This document shows, piece after piece, positions 33,138 through 47,045 of a stretch of 64,000 bases of DNA. The stretch's first letter is position 1. Each line of letters begins with the position of its first letter. Made by a program: the position numbers and the translations under genes. The stretch lies in the NCBI GenBank assembly GCA_027923505.1, contig BROI01000002.1:372001-436000 (forward strand), read 5' to 3'. The notes beneath the pieces were generated by a model, which did not search any database, was not told the DNA's origin, and saw only the letters and a list, made by a program, of their open reading frames with translations. The stretch comes from Mayamaea pseudoterrestris. Its lineage: Eukaryota.

Positions 33138-36100
33138 TCACTCGGACTTGCCATCGCTAAAGTCGCGGTAAATGCTCTTGGCTTGGAAAATGGATCCTCG
33201 CCGAGGCGTGCCTCGGCCTGTTCCAATGTTTGCCCCATATGTACCACTAGCGTCAGACGGTGAGAGCGAGTCCCGATGACCAAAGGAGACGCTTGAATTA
33301 CCCATGAGCACGGCACCGGAACTGTAGGCTCTGCGGCGCGAAGAGTCTGTTTGAGTCAATGGTGGCCGTCTGAGAATGCCTCCGTGAATGGGAGTTGGTG
33401 CTGGTATGGGCATGGGATGTACGTCGTCTTCGTCTTGACTTCCGAAAAAGGGGCCTTGGTCTAGTGTCGGAACTAACATGGGATCCTCGCTTGGAACTTC
33501 GGTCATGGCTGTAAAACGATCCGAATCATCAGGAAGGGGTATCACAACTGCCGGTTCTGTGTGCGAGAATGAAAAGTTTAGAATGAAAGTGTGCGAGGAA
33601 AATATGCAAAACGCATTTTACACGTACCAGCAGTAATAAAACGGTCCGTGTCGGTCCCTGCAATGCAAACTGGTACATAGGCAGCCTTGTGAGCGTCAAC
33701 CAAGAATCGGCGAAACTCCTCGCGACGTTCTGCTCCAGTCTCGGCCGTGGTGTCCCATCCATCGAGCAAGGAGGTTTGGAGCAAGGCTGCATCCGAAAAA
33801 GCTCTCAAGAATTTTCCCTTCATTGATTGCTGGAAAAGATAAATAGGTAGTATTGGAATGGCCGAGAGAACGGCTGGACCCACGGCCTGCTTCAAGGCCA
33901 TCTGGGTTGTCAACAGTATTGCTGTGTGTAGAATGAGATCAATATTAGTTACGACGCAACATTGGAAAGGCGGGGAAATCTCACATCGTGCACGTACATC
34001 CAACAATCATGACACTGATAAACATGTCGAAGATGAATGGCCATCGAGCACCTGTTGACGCGCATATGAAGAATGTCAGTCTAGAGATGTACGTTTTCGT
34101 ATCGAGTGCAGTCATCACTTACCTCCACTGTCGAACTTTGGTCGGTAGACAAAGATGAGGTTTCGTCTCATCAATGGCTCCATGACTATAAAATACATGA
34201 GACAAACCAATGAAACAAGTGGACTTGATGGTCCAAGAGCGACGCAGCACATCTGCAAAAGTAGGAAAAGAAGTAAGCAATGACCAGCGATGTATGGCCA
34301 TCTCTACTTTGCGTCAGCGAAAGAGCACGTACCAGCACAGTTCCAGTATCCACGTAAAGACGGTATGGCAAAGGACCGCCTGGCCCACCGCCTCGCACCA
34401 TGCGAGAACAGCAATTCCAACCGAGACATGCAAAGGCAAACGTGTTGACATTGAGCAGATAATTCATTGGCAAAGTGAGAGTGACACGAAAGATTATCCA
34501 ATTCAGCCACGTCGCGGATAATGTCGAAGGGATCGTCGTCGCCACTTGGCGCAGCACTGCAGCAAATTCCGTTCCGATGGATCCCTCCTTAAATCCGTCA
34601 ATCACCATGTTTGCCAGTAGCTGGCCTGTAAAGGCAGTCACGACCATGAACCACCAGTAGTACTGTAGTGCTTTAAACTCGGCATGAGATACGCTGACCG
34701 CGCCGGACCCAAAGTTCGCGATAGATTTAAACATGGAAGGACAAAGTGCAAAGAAGGTAGTGTAAATGCACGCAGAAATAAGTCCAGACAGCAGATGAGT
34801 GATACTGAAACCAAAAGCCGATTGTGTCCAGCTAGTAATTTGGGGGAACAGACTATCGAGTTGTGCATAGCTCACCAGCTGCGATGCCGTCGTCAAAGGT
34901 ATGGTATAGAAAACATAAATTAAGACAAGCAAGCCCATAGCGCTTTACAAAAGCAAAAAAACATTGCATGAGACTCTCGTCACTTGCTTCCACTATTTTA
35001 CAGCAGAAAATTATCTCACTTACATGTATCTTCTAGCATTCTTCTGCCTGTCCGGGATACTAACAGTCACCGGCCGACAGCAGTTCCGACAAGCGACCAA
35101 ATCAAACGGGGCAGCGTCAGCAAGAGGTGGAATCGGCATGCCCGACAAGTTGTTCCATCGACCGGCTCCGCGCCCGTCCGCAAGGCAGTTTCTTGCAGCA
35201 ACGGCAGCTTGTCTACTTGTAAACGTCACGACCGCATACGTAGAATGCCGAGCCAGAGTGTCAATCGCTTCCACTGATTGAGTCTTTGCCCAACCCTTAA
35301 TTTCTTTAACTGTCCCTGCAACTACATCTTTCAGCCACTTTAGATTTGGTTTCCGAAGCGAGTATCGACCAGATGCAACCGATGCTCGCAAACCAGCCCT
35401 TTTCTTGGCATCCGATGTGGACTCGGAAATGATTGACAATACCATGGCCCATTCGGCGTCTGACACTGTCCGTACACGGTCTGCATCAGATTCAAACCGA
35501 CCCCGATTTGAAACGTCTACGAACTCGTTATTGGGGGAAGTGGGAGATGACTCATGGAATGACGCGCTCTGCTGATACATCGTTGCCTCCAGTTTAAGGT
35601 TGCTACCCATTCGGTTCGTTTCAATGCTTCGACCTCGAGTAGCCGTAGCGGGACGCGCCGGCGATAGGTTTGGAGAGATCTCGTTGATGCTGGTGTCTCG
35701 TTTCACCGGAGCCGGTCGCCCTGGAACAAGTGACATATCCTTCAGCGCTTCTTCCTTGGTCTCGTCCAACGGAGCAGGCTTCTCCACGTCCGCCTCCTCC
35801 GCCTCCTTCTCGACTTCGGCAATAATGTCTGCCAAAGCGACTCGTCGTCGCATTTCTCGTAACTCGAGATTCGCTTGGTGAAACTCTTCGACAGCATCTT
35901 GCTCCAGATCCAGCAACGTGTCTAGACTTGCATCTTCGATTCGCTCCTGATGGCACCCGTATGGACAGCATGGTGCCGCCGCTTGCGCAAACTCTCGACT
36001 ATAAACAGCTGCTTGTTCAGGGCCAAAGGACCAAGGGTTGTACTATTTTGATAAATGTTGTAACGTGAGTGAAATATGATGCTTTCGTGACACACATTTT

Positions 36101-37746
36101 TACCATCAGTTACGCACCATATCGTAGTCAATTGTGTCATCATCCGCAACGGAACCAAACACTTGCTGGTAATACGCCTTCTTGTGATCATTCGCCAAGT
36201 TCATGTAGATTGGCCTTGGCGTATAGACTGTCGTGGGTGATCCATCCGAACTCGTAATGATGCGTTCGCCCTTTTCAAGGTCGCGCGGGTGCATGCCAGT
36301 ATCGCGCGCCAAGCTGTCTTCCTCGTAAACGTTCTCATCATTCTCTTCCTCGCTATCTTCCTCTTGAATGATACCATTCGTTGCATGTATATCGCAATTA
36401 TCCATGGTGTTTGTCTTGTCATCATTCGCCTCGTCTTCCTCATCATCGTCCTGCTCATCAATCTGCTTTAGTCCACTGCCACCTTGCAGTTGCATTTGCT
36501 TTCGCTTGATTTGAATCTGCTTTCTCACAAACCGCAGTCGCCTCAATTTACTCGCCGCCGCATACCACTTGCGCCACGCCAAAGTCATTTCCGACGCCGC
36601 CGGCAGTATCGTCACCGCCGCCACACTACTACTATAACCCGGCATGTTGGGAACGCAGTGATCGAAAAAGGTCGTCGTCAGTGACAATTGCCAGTCCATG
36701 CTTTCGCGGCGACCAAAGTTGACCGCCTCCTCGGCGTCCACGCCTTCGCCCGATTCCACCGGCAGTGACGGCAAGCCTCCCACCAGCAATGAGTACAAGG
36801 CCACGTTGGGCACCGTGTCGCGCTGCTCGGGGTGCGGAATCCATGGCTCGCGGTCAATGAGACAGTCGTCTTCGTTGTTGGCGTGACCGTCGTTGTTGTC
36901 ATCGTCTTTGTTATCTTGCTGCACATTCAAATGCCTTGACGAATATTGCCGCGTGACTGGTTGCGTGTTTTCCTGATGCAGCATTGTCGTTTTGAGTTCC
37001 TTGCGCCGCTCCCCCCAAACATCGTACTCCAAGTAGTAGACGCGCCGCATGGCGAGTATTTGAATCCACTCGCGGTGCAGCAAATACAAAATATATAGTA
37101 AAATGATCCAAAAGGAAAAGGCCGTCACGTATAAGCGCGACAAGATGATCCTCAAGTCGAAGCGATCGCCGTAGTAGGGATGCACATTGGCAATGGTGGT
37201 GCGCTCGTAGTCGGTCAAGTTGCTGATGAACGTAGTGGCGTCCGTGCAATTGTAGTCGATTGTTTCGTTGTTGAATATGCTCGTGCCATTACTTGTGGCA
37301 TTAGCTGCTCCGTGGCATCCTTGCTGCGCATTCGCCGCCGTGTAGTACAGCGGCAGCAAGAGTCCCACGCACAGCAGCGACGCCACTAGCGCAATCCGCG
37401 TACACAATGCGTGAAACCGCAGCAGTATTATGCCATCCAAATTGACCTGCAGAAAGCTGCCACTGTTTCCATCTTGCCTTGTGCCGGTCCCCGGCACACC
37501 CGCCAGTAGCTGCGCGTACGTTAGTTGCATGGTCCAGGATATCCATCCAAACGTCGGACCGCCGCGGTATTGTTCACTGTCGCGAGGTGCCGTGGGATTG
37601 TAAATGACGTTGCGGGGTCGCGCCGCGGCGCGGGGCGCCACAAAGGAGGATTGCTGGCGGACGGCAATACCAAAGAGGGCAATGCTCGACAATCCCACGA
37701 CGGAACCGGCGCAGAGCGTAATGCCAATGCTTTGGAAAGTTGCCAT
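33138..37746 (-). CDS. CSC1/OSCA/TMEM63-family channel, multi-exon (first intron 36043-36117)
   Basis: LDGIILLRF, YAVVTFTSRQAA, IPPLADA, KALQYYWWF, GGPLPYRLY, DAHKAAYVPVC. Several GT-AG introns join ORFs 36106-37746, 35020-35916, 34186-34938, 33578-34006 and 33138-33545. Confidence 0.85.
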
Positions 37747-38417
37747 TTGATGTTACTAGTGAATTGCAAGAGTATTACTGTAGTAGTAGCTTATGATTGC
37801 TGGTGAAGAATGAAGCTATCGGAGTAATCCTGAAGCAAGAAGGCTATCTGGCTGTTGCCCGGTTCAGTTGCTAGCTGCTCTATTCACCTCTTTCCTTGCA
37901 GCAGATTGAAGATTCACACTTTACTGTAAGAGCAACGCTTGATTTGACTCTTGGATAAGGCAAAGATTCGGTACGGAAGATGAATTTGCTCAGCAGCAGA
38001 TGAATGAATGAGCCAAATCGAGATTTCGCTGTCAATCACTGCTGCAGCCTCTGCTCCTTCACACTTTCTCCAGAGCCAAAAGACAATTGCTACACAGTGA
38101 CTAGTTTTGTTCAAAGTATTTCCAAGTAAGACGACTACGCCAAGACAAAAATCCCGACGAAGAGGAAGAAACCAGGCGGCACGTGCAGCAGTTGCTGGTG
38201 CATGTTGTCAACGTTTCGACGACCGTCGGCGAATTTTCGAACCAAAATGTCGTAGCGTGACTGCTTGACGTCATTCTATCGCAGCGGTACTCAAATGGTG
38301 ACTCACTGCGCGCGCTGACTCGTCGTTTTTGTTCTTTTGCCATGACGACATGGCCGCGTTCATTGATCATACACACACCAACCCTCAAATAGACGCAGCA
38401 GCTAGCTAGCTTACAGG

Positions 38418-41021
38418 ATGACAAGAATACACTACTGCTTGTCGCTGCTACTATGTTCGCTACTATGCTTACCAATACTAGCCTTTCGCCCAGCAATTCA
38501 GAATTCGTTCCATCATTCATCAGGGCTGCAACAACATCATAACATTCTGTCATCAACACAACTATATGCAGCAACCAGCACCAAGGACCTTCTGAAAAAC
38601 ATGGAGCAAGACTTTGTCGTGGATGAGGACGGTCAGTTGATTTTACAAGCCATTCGCGGCCGCGGTTTGAACAACGACGACCAAGCCGTCGCTGGCTTGC
38701 GCATGCAACTCGTCGAATTAAACGACAACAATAACAATCAGCAAAAAGACTTGGCACTTCCACTCGTCTACGATCCCGTCAAACTGCAAGCCATCTTTCG
38801 ACAAAGACCCCGAGCAGTATTGACGCGCATACTCCAGCTAGCCACCGTCGGAGGAGGCTTTGCGTTTGAGCTCTTGCTCGACAAGCTGCTGAAACGCATG
38901 AACAATAACCCCGACTTGGAAGTAACACGCGCCGGTCAGTTGCGCGACTTGCTCACGCAGCTGGGGCCCTTTTACATCAAGATTGGACAAGCCTTGTCGA
39001 TTCGCCCCGATGTGCTGTCGCCGCGCAGCATGGTGGAGCTGCAGCAACTCTGCGACAAGGTGCCAAGCTTTGACAGCGTAATTGCGTTTCGCACCATTGA
39101 GCGCGAACTGGGGAAACCGGTGAGTGAATTATTCAGTGAAATCACGCCGGAACCAGTGGCGGCGGCCTCCTTGGGGCAAGTCTACAAGGCCACGCTTCGT
39201 GCCACGAACGACACCGTCGCCGTCAAGGTGCAGCGACCCGCCGTGCTGGAGACCGTCTCGCTCGACTTGTACTTGACGCGGCAAGTGGGACTACTGGCGC
39301 GTAACTTTCCAACACTGACCAGTCGCATTGACGCGGTCGCCCTGCTGGACGAGTTTGCCGGTCGCTTTTACGCGGAACTGGACTACTGCTTGGAGTGCGC
39401 CAACGGAATTCGCATTGCGCAAGACATGAAGGTGCTGCCCATGGTGGTGATTCCGAAAAATTATCCGGAATACACGTCGCGGCGCGTCCACGTGGCCGAG
39501 TGGATCGACGGGGAAAAATTATCGTCGAGCAAGGCGGACGATGTGGGCGCCTTGGTGAATCTTGGTGTTATTACGTACTTGACGCAGTTGCTTGACTCGA
39601 GGTTGTTTCATGCTGATCCTCATCCAGGTGAGTAGTGAGAGAGAGGTTTGCGTCTTTTTTTTTGTTACTTCATAAAGTTTGTTTGTATGGATGAAGACAA
39701 TGTCAGTAAATGCTGCTCACCATACACTTTCGTTTTCCTCTCAATCACAGGCAACATGATGCGAACGAAGGATGGCAAGCTTGCCATTTTGGACTTTGGA
39801 TTAATGACCGAAATCACCGACGATCAAAAGTATGGCATGGTGGAAGCCATTGTGCATTTGATCAACCGCGACTACAGCGAGATTGGTCAAGACTTTATCA
39901 ATCTCGACTTTATACCAAAGGGCACCGACACGACTGGCATTGTTCCGGCGCTCACCAAAGTCTTTGACGTGGCACTGGCTGGCGGCGGCGCCAAGAGCAT
40001 TAATTTTCAGGAACTGGCCGCGGACTTGGCGGAGATTACCTTCGAGTATCCGTTCCGCATTCCGCCATACTTTGCCTTGGTGATTCGTGCCATTAGTGTT
40101 TTGGAAGGCATTGCGCTGGTGGGCAATCCAAACTTTGCCATTATTGACGAAGCATACCCGTACATTGCGCGACGACTGCTGACGGATCGCTCGCCGCGCC
40201 TTCGTCAAGCATTGAAGTACATGATTTACGGACGCGACGGCGAGTTTGACGCGGAAAACTTGATTGACATGCTGCAGGCACTTGAAAAGTTTGGATCCAT
40301 TCGAGATGACGGTGATGGAAGTGCCTTCAAAGTGGATGGTGTGCGAGGCAGCAAAGTGGTGGGACGAGCAGGCGATTTCACCGGCTCGCAGCAGGTGGAT
40401 CTGTCGGATCGTGATACCGACATTGACGGCGGTCGGTTCCGTGTGTCGGCGCCGAACGGGGCAACCGCTTCTCCGGATCCAATGGCTACATCATCATCGT
40501 CAACTACATCCACTACTACCCCACGCAACGACGAACGCACCGTTCGTCAGGCTCTTCAATTCTTCTTTGGCCCGGACGGAAACGTCTTGCGCGAATTTTT
40601 ATTGGAGGAGATTGTTACGGTCGTGGACGCTTCCAGTCGGGACGCGGTGCAAACGCTCATCAAGTCGATTGGCCTCGATAATCTACCGCTGCCGTCCATT
40701 TTTCGCGCACTCAGTCCGGAACTCACAAACCAAGACCGACGCATGGTGCAGCAGATTCGCAAAGTGATTCAGTTTCTACTGGGCGACTTTGAAGCAGCAG
40801 CCGGAGACAACAACCAGCGCATGCAACAATTGATTCCCATCTTGCAGGAGTATGCCAGACCGTTGCGCGAGTTTGGCTTGCTGCTCGTGGCGCGACTGAC
40901 GGAGAAGAATTTGAGTCGAGGCATGCGGTGGTTGGTCGACAGTCGGGCCAAGACAAGTGGCGGTGCAGCGGCAAGTAACGTGAATTCAGTGGCAGAGCTT
41001 GTGCCCGTCAGGAGTCGATAG
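38418..41021 (+). CDS. ABC1/UbiB atypical kinase, likely plastid-targeted; intron 39628-39750
   Basis: LGPFYIKIGQ, AAASLGQVY, VAVKVQRP, FHADPHPG|N, ILDFGL. Signal peptide ending in ILA-F. Confidence 0.93.
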
Positions 41022-41107
41022 CTACCGTCGTGAGGTGATATTTACAGTTAATGAGATTTTAAAACGACTTTCTATATATTCAAAACTGTTCTATGCTGCT
41101 TAGATAC

Positions 41108-41638
41108 TTACTTCTTGGTTGGTTCGTGTTCGTCACTCATGTCGTCATTTCCCTTTGGCTTCCACCAGCTGCGAAGCGTTTCATCCATGACGTAGTCAAC
41201 GCCACGATCAATGGGATGAACAATGAACGGAATGGCTCCCAGTCCAATCACGGTTGGCAGCCAGGTTGTCGCGAAAACTGGTAGTTTCGCAGTTCGTTGC
41301 ACCGCCTGTCGACTCGCCTTTACGATGAGGTTAATGGTCATGCCGGGAAGCGCCACGGACGCGAGTGACTGCCACACCAAGGTATCCATCGTTGCGCGAG
41401 CTGTATGTTGCATGCGATGGCTCTTGTTTTGTTGATGATGATATGCATTATAGCCAGAGTGAGCTGCATCCGCTATGCAATATCCAAAGGCAACGACATA
41501 GGATGGTGCGACGAAGCGCGGAAACTGATAGCGGAACGATTCGCCTACTTCGTTGGCGTAGCCAGCGTAGCGGAGCAGAGAATGGCGAAATACATTGTAG
41601 TCGTCGTCATGTTGTTGCTGCTGCGGGGATTTCGTCAT
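41108..41638 (-). CDS. MTFP1: Mitochondrial fission process protein 1 (MTP18)
   Basis: LRYAGYANEVGESFR, DTLVWQSLASV, PFIVHPID. Confidence 0.92.
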   Translation of the reverse strand: MTKSPQQQQHDDDYNVFRHSLLRYAGYANEVGESFRYQFPRFVAPSYVVAFGYCIADAAHSGYNAYHHQQNKSHRMQHTARATMDTLVWQSLASVALPGMTINLIVKASRQAVQRTAKLPVFATTWLPTVIGLGAIPFIVHPIDRGVDYVMDETLRSWWKPKGNDDMSDEHEPTKK

Positions 41639-41966
41639 GGTCGAAAAAATGGATGGGTGTGTGAGGGTGTGACGGAATTTAAACCAGCCTCGCCAAATTG
41701 CATTGCCGCTGCGATTTTTAAACTATCGGTAGCTAAAAAATGATGTTGCCCCACTCAGTTTTAGTTTAGTCCATGACAATAGACAGCAAATCCATTTGAT
41801 TAGTTTTTACAATTTGTGAATGAAAAGTATAGCGTGTGATTGTGATTGGTCGCACGGTTCTCATCTTCAGGCGTAACAACAACAGGTAGCGACGGCTGGC
41901 TATGTTGTGTAGAACAGGCGTATAAGACAAGTCTACCGGCAGACAGACTACAAGATATGACCGCAC

Positions 41967-43349
41967 TTAGTAATTGAGCTGTTTCTTCTTTAACGAAAGC
42001 GCTTTTAGCACTTGCCGCTTGGCAATCTCCAAGCCCTCCTCGATCTTGTGTGTGCTCAAATTATTCACAGTCTGTCGACGCTGGAACCTACTTTTGTTGA
42101 GCTCCCTCACTGTCGTCGCCACTTCCCTCTCCGTATATCCCAGTGCCTTGCACATTTGCTCTCGCTCACCGCGCGTCAATATCAACTCCGACTTGAATCG
42201 CCGCAGTCGACGCTCCTCAAAGTCACGCAAGTCCAATGGGCGCTTCTTGACAAACTCCCAACCAATGCCAACGCTTGGCCCGTTCGTTGACGCGGGATTG
42301 TCGCACATGATGCGCTGATACATGCGCACACTGACGCTGCCAAACGAGACGCGGCGCGTCGATGCGGTCTTGCCTTGCCGCTTGGAGTGCCTGGATGATG
42401 ACGTTTTGGAAGAGTTGATCAAGCTTCCCACCATGCTGTCTTCAACACTGGGCGCCGCAGAGCCGCCTCGGGATGAAATGGTAAATGGTTTTTGAATGAG
42501 TTCTGGATCCTTGGTATGGCGGTTGGACGGCAAGTCACCAAAGCAACCAGTCAAACCCGTAATATCCGACAAGACGGAGCACGAGTCACTCAAGTCAGTT
42601 TCCGAATCATCAGATACGGCCTCGTTCACCTTTTGAATCAACTCATGCAGGGATGCTCGCGAATGTATTGACGTGTCCTTGCCCAAATCAGATGAAGGAA
42701 TGGTCCGATTCGTCGACCGTGAGCTGCTTGTATCCCGCGTCCCAACGTCGTCCGCTGCTGCTGCAAGCGTCTCCTCGTCTCCTGCTGCAGTGGCTGCGCC
42801 CCAAAAGTCGGGATGATAAATGTCAACTGCGTCTTTGATCACATAGCTAGTACTGCTAATGTCCGAGACAGTCGTCGACATGGCGGACTTGCGACTCTGC
42901 CCAGAGGCTGCGTCCTCAATAGCCAAAGCGCAATCATCGTCACAGTCTCTATCAAACATGCAATCATCGTCATCTTCATCACCGATAATACCATCACGCA
43001 AAAGCTCGCGAAGCTCATGGTCACTACCCTTGTGTTGCTGTTCCACTTGTGCCAAAACTAAATCGGCAATGCGCTCCAGATCCAAATTGAGCCGACTTAT
43101 TGACAATTCGTCGTTGGCACGGCCATTCGCTTCAGCCAGCAAACTGACGACATCCTTGGCAACCATGCGGATCAAGCTATTGGAATGTTTGCTCGTCGGC
43201 ATAGTCATATCTAAATCTCCGCAGTTGCCTTTCGTGCTGCTTCCAATGCTCATTGTCGAGGTTGAATTGGTCGCGGCCGATATTCTCCTTCGTGGCTTGT
43301 AGGAAGTATGATCCTGCGAGGCAAGCTGAGTGGCATCAATGACGGTCAT
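41967..43349 (-). CDS. Hypothetical protein with C-terminal RVSFG..V..Y...DNP...GP.VGIGW domain (CSRNP-like; RVxF motif)
   Basis: 460-aa ORF with a low-complexity Ser-rich N-part and a conserved-looking C-terminal block. Confidence 0.7.
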   Translation of the reverse strand: MTVIDATQLASQDHTSYKPRRRISAATNSTSTMSIGSSTKGNCGDLDMTMPTSKHSNSLIRMVAKDVVSLLAEANGRANDELSISRLNLDLERIADLVLAQVEQQHKGSDHELRELLRDGIIGDEDDDDCMFDRDCDDDCALAIEDAASGQSRKSAMSTTVSDISSTSYVIKDAVDIYHPDFWGAATAAGDEETLAAAADDVGTRDTSSSRSTNRTIPSSDLGKDTSIHSRASLHELIQKVNEAVSDDSETDLSDSCSVLSDITGLTGCFGDLPSNRHTKDPELIQKPFTISSRGGSAAPSVEDSMVGSLINSSKTSSSRHSKRQGKTASTRRVSFGSVSVRMYQRIMCDNPASTNGPSVGIGWEFVKKRPLDLRDFEERRLRRFKSELILTRGEREQMCKALGYTEREVATTVRELNKSRFQRRQTVNNLSTHKIEEGLEIAKRQVLKALSLKKKQLNY

Positions 43350-44251
43350 GGCGTGGAAACGAGGTAAGTGAGATTGTGAAGATCGTGGGATAATGGGCGA
43401 AATCCTCGCAATCGAAGGAAGGGCGCGACGTTTTTGTTCCGCTTTTGTCTGCGGAAGTTGACACCCAATGTGGACGAATCATGGTCATGAGGCAATAGTA
43501 ACTACTCATTGTGACCCGGTTGAGACATATTAGAACTATCAGGCAATATTGATATCTAAATTCACACGACTGGGCAATAGTCAAAGTTCCTTAAATATTC
43601 AAGCGCTTGTCCATCGGGTAGCTCGTCACTTCATTGCTTGGATCAGCCACGCCACAAAAATGAGCACAACTGCCGATGGATTAACAGAGTTATCATGTTT
43701 GAGGTAATGACAGGCAATAGCATCCGAAAGTGGTGACGCACAAATGCCTCGACATGAAAGTGCAATGAGCAGTGCTAGTGAATTTTGCGGCAGAACGGAA
43801 AGCGTCAGCCTACCGCAGCAAGCACAAAGAAAGTGACTAATCCTACAGCACCGTACAGTACTTGGAGGCGCTATTAATTGCTGAAAAGCAGCGGGGCAGT
43901 TTCCGATGCGAGCCAAAGGTAACTTGTTGACCACTCAATGCTTACGATTCGAGATGCTCCCATGACCCCAAACAAGTCTCTTTACGTTAGCTTACCTTGC
44001 AGTCATGCTTGGAAAGCAATTACCTTATTTCTGTGAAACTCGACGCTTGCGCCATATCTTCGGATGACTGTGTGATTCGAAACGCCCTGAACATCCTACT
44101 GCATGTCAAAACGTCTATCCGTCGTACCGGTAATAATCGGAAAATGCGACTTTTGCGATCTCATCGCTGATCCACTTGCACAACTAGCCATGAACAACCT
44201 TTGCCGCCGTCAACTTGACAAGACTATGCAGACGATGCACCATTATCGGTC

Positions 44252-45622
44252 ATGATGAAGCTTTCGTTCAGTTTAATACTATGTTTAGCTGCCGGAGTGT
44301 TTCTATTGGGGTGGAACGTGTACTTGACCATGGAGCAGATTTCATCATTCGCGCGGCTTCCGCCGCATCAACAAAGCACGAGTAGTGCAAGTTTCCATGC
44401 AATCACTGGCGGAAGTCTCGTTCATAGAGACGCTATGACAGTAAAAGAGAAGAACAATGCTAGCGCAACTGCGTTCCTTTCTTCCAAGCAATCGCCAGCG
44501 GCCATTCAAAGTTGGGCGACACCAATGCTGCAAGGACTCGATCCAGTCTATTTGCACCTCCACGAGGAAGCCGTACGGCGCAGCAACGAGGATTACGAAA
44601 CATCTCATACGCGAGGAGACGTTGGTGTTGTCATTGGACCGACCGATGGAAATTTCTTAAGTCACACACTGCTGGCATTGAGAAGTGCCCGGCGCATGCG
44701 AAACATGCTAGTCGACAAGACCATCAGGATTGCGCTACTGACATCAGCGGAACATGTTCAAATTCTCAAGACGCAATGTGGAGACAGCTTGCTATTGTCA
44801 TTGAATGCATCCTTTTCGGAGACGTGCCGATTGTGGGCCAATGGAAGCTTGCTGGACGACTTGATCGTCATGCCGGATAATGAGTTTCAGCATAATGACA
44901 ATTTCACGCGCCCACTTGATACGCCGTCAAAGTACTGGCTCAAGAGTTTGGCAAGCTACAGGCATGCGCCCTACAAGCTTTCGCTGGTGCTGGATTCGGA
45001 TGCCTTTTCCTGTCCCGGCTTTGAAAACTTGTTCGCCCTGCAGAACCCGCAGACGCAAAACCTTTGGCAATTGCCAAACCAAGCCCTGACCGACTTTGCG
45101 GCCGGCATTGATCAATACGCGTTTGGAACGGGAAACAACAAGCACCTAATTCCGGGCGATCCAAAGCTGTTTGGCGACTACTTTGACTTTGCGGAACGCA
45201 ACACCGGAACCATGCTCTTTTCCTTTCACCGCCAGTTGACGCACACATTTACACACTTTGTGCCACTTGTTTCCGAATACGTTTGGACCCACAAGGCATC
45301 TGCCGAGCATTCCATAGTCAACGATCAATGTCCCTTTCGTCTTGCTTTGTACCTGTTTAAACGCTTTCATCCTGATTTTGTCGACCAGCAAATCCCTCAA
45401 CACGCATCCTGTCGCACCTATCCGCATCATCCCTACGCGGGAACGCATTCAGCCAAGTCGCGCATGATGCCGCTCCTTGCGGATGGAACGGAGTGCAACG
45501 ACTGCATGTGTACGCCCTGCTTGATAACACACTTTTCCACCGACTATCCGGTGCCAGTGCAGGGAAGAATGGGATATGAGGAGGACTTTCGATTGTTGCC
45601 GCCGTACCAGCGGCCCGAGTGA
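44252..45622 (+). CDS. Putative GT-A glycosyltransferase (type II membrane protein)
   Basis: N-terminal anchor, SLVLDSD (DxD), ERNTG, NDQCPFR. Confidence 0.68.
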   Translation: MMKLSFSLILCLAAGVFLLGWNVYLTMEQISSFARLPPHQQSTSSASFHAITGGSLVHRDAMTVKEKNNASATAFLSSKQSPAAIQSWATPMLQGLDPVYLHLHEEAVRRSNEDYETSHTRGDVGVVIGPTDGNFLSHTLLALRSARRMRNMLVDKTIRIALLTSAEHVQILKTQCGDSLLLSLNASFSETCRLWANGSLLDDLIVMPDNEFQHNDNFTRPLDTPSKYWLKSLASYRHAPYKLSLVLDSDAFSCPGFENLFALQNPQTQNLWQLPNQALTDFAAGIDQYAFGTGNNKHLIPGDPKLFGDYFDFAERNTGTMLFSFHRQLTHTFTHFVPLVSEYVWTHKASAEHSIVNDQCPFRLALYLFKRFHPDFVDQQIPQHASCRTYPHHPYAGTHSAKSRMMPLLADGTECNDCMCTPCLITHFSTDYPVPVQGRMGYEEDFRLLPPYQRPE

Positions 45623-47045
45623 AAGGCTTTGTGCATGCATTAAGCTCGTTTCATAATGATAGCAACATAGAGAATTTTTACAGTTTGTACATATTGGACG
45701 TATCAGAACATATTCAGTAAAGCGAGGCGGCATCATCGTCCGCAAATCTCAATCGTTCCCAGATTCCAGCCGCGAAAACCAAGCCAAGCCCGACGCTCGG
45801 CCTTCAAATGTCAGATAAACAGTCGTGCTACTACTCCAGGCCACCGTTACCAATAACGACTGCTCGCAGCTGTTCTGCGTGATACTTGACACATCGTCGT
45901 GCATCAAGTCGTAATGTTTGATGGCAATTGAGCCTGCCACTCAACTGGTGTACTACGTGATACCAAGGAACTATGCTTTTCGTAAAAAGCATCTCTTTAT
46001 CGAATTGTGCAGTCCACTGTCATTGAACATTGAAAGTTGCTGGCATTCCGATAGATTCCGACGGCGGCGAGTGCTTGTTAAATTTAGTGCTTGCTGAATC
46101 GATCCCGAGATTGGCGTCCATGCATTGCATTCCTTACTTCCATGCGTTCATTCCGTGTTCTTTCCGTTATCTTTTGAACAACTGTATGCGCGCTTGAATG
46201 TAATGCAGAACATCATTGATGCGTAATGCGCAAGCTTCGTTGTCGTCGTCCTGCGTTCAGTGACAGCTGGCATGTTCCGCTGGTCTGCTTCACAGTTCAA
46301 AGCTCATCAACTCCAAGCAAACCTCTCCGGCTCGCATGGAGAACGAAAACCTGCTTTTCAGTTAAAAAAAATGAGCGCACAACAATCGAATTATCAACTT
46401 GGATTGGGACTGTTCAACACTGTTAGCGTCGTCGAAGGAGAGCAAGCCCAAGCCCTCTCCTACTAGTTTCGCTACCTCTCGCCTCGTCCTCGCTCGAATA
46501 GCCCGAGTGCTTTGCTTCCATCTGTCGCAGTAGTTTTTACTCCTCTTACCGACCTTCAATCGCATTGCTGCTGCTGACTGGCAGTGACAGCCTATCCTAC
46601 GACTGTCATGGAGTCTTACGTTGCGGGCGGAAGATCGACCTCACGACCTCACATAGATTCGGAAAAATGTAATACAGCCGACGCGCCATCCACCAATCGC
46701 ATCGTTTTCAAAATGCTTCTTCAACACGCCCAAGAGTCACCTTCCATAATTGACTGCTACAAACGACGTTTCAGGCGTCGCGGTGAAACTCCGAGGTGTC
46801 GTGCGTACTCTAGGAAGGTGACGGAGTCCAAGGCCAACAGATTCTCGTTCCAAACGTTGGTTACTCACATGAGCACTTTTCGAAGATGATGGAGTAGCAC
46901 TAGTCTTTCTTGGAGTATGTTGTTGGCAGTGGAATGATAATTAGCTGCTCGCCATGCTGCTGATTGCACGAAAGCTCGCCGGGACTGCGCACTGCGAACT
47001 GCGACTGCCTCGATGCTCGATGCGCATAGTTTTGGTGACTACGAC

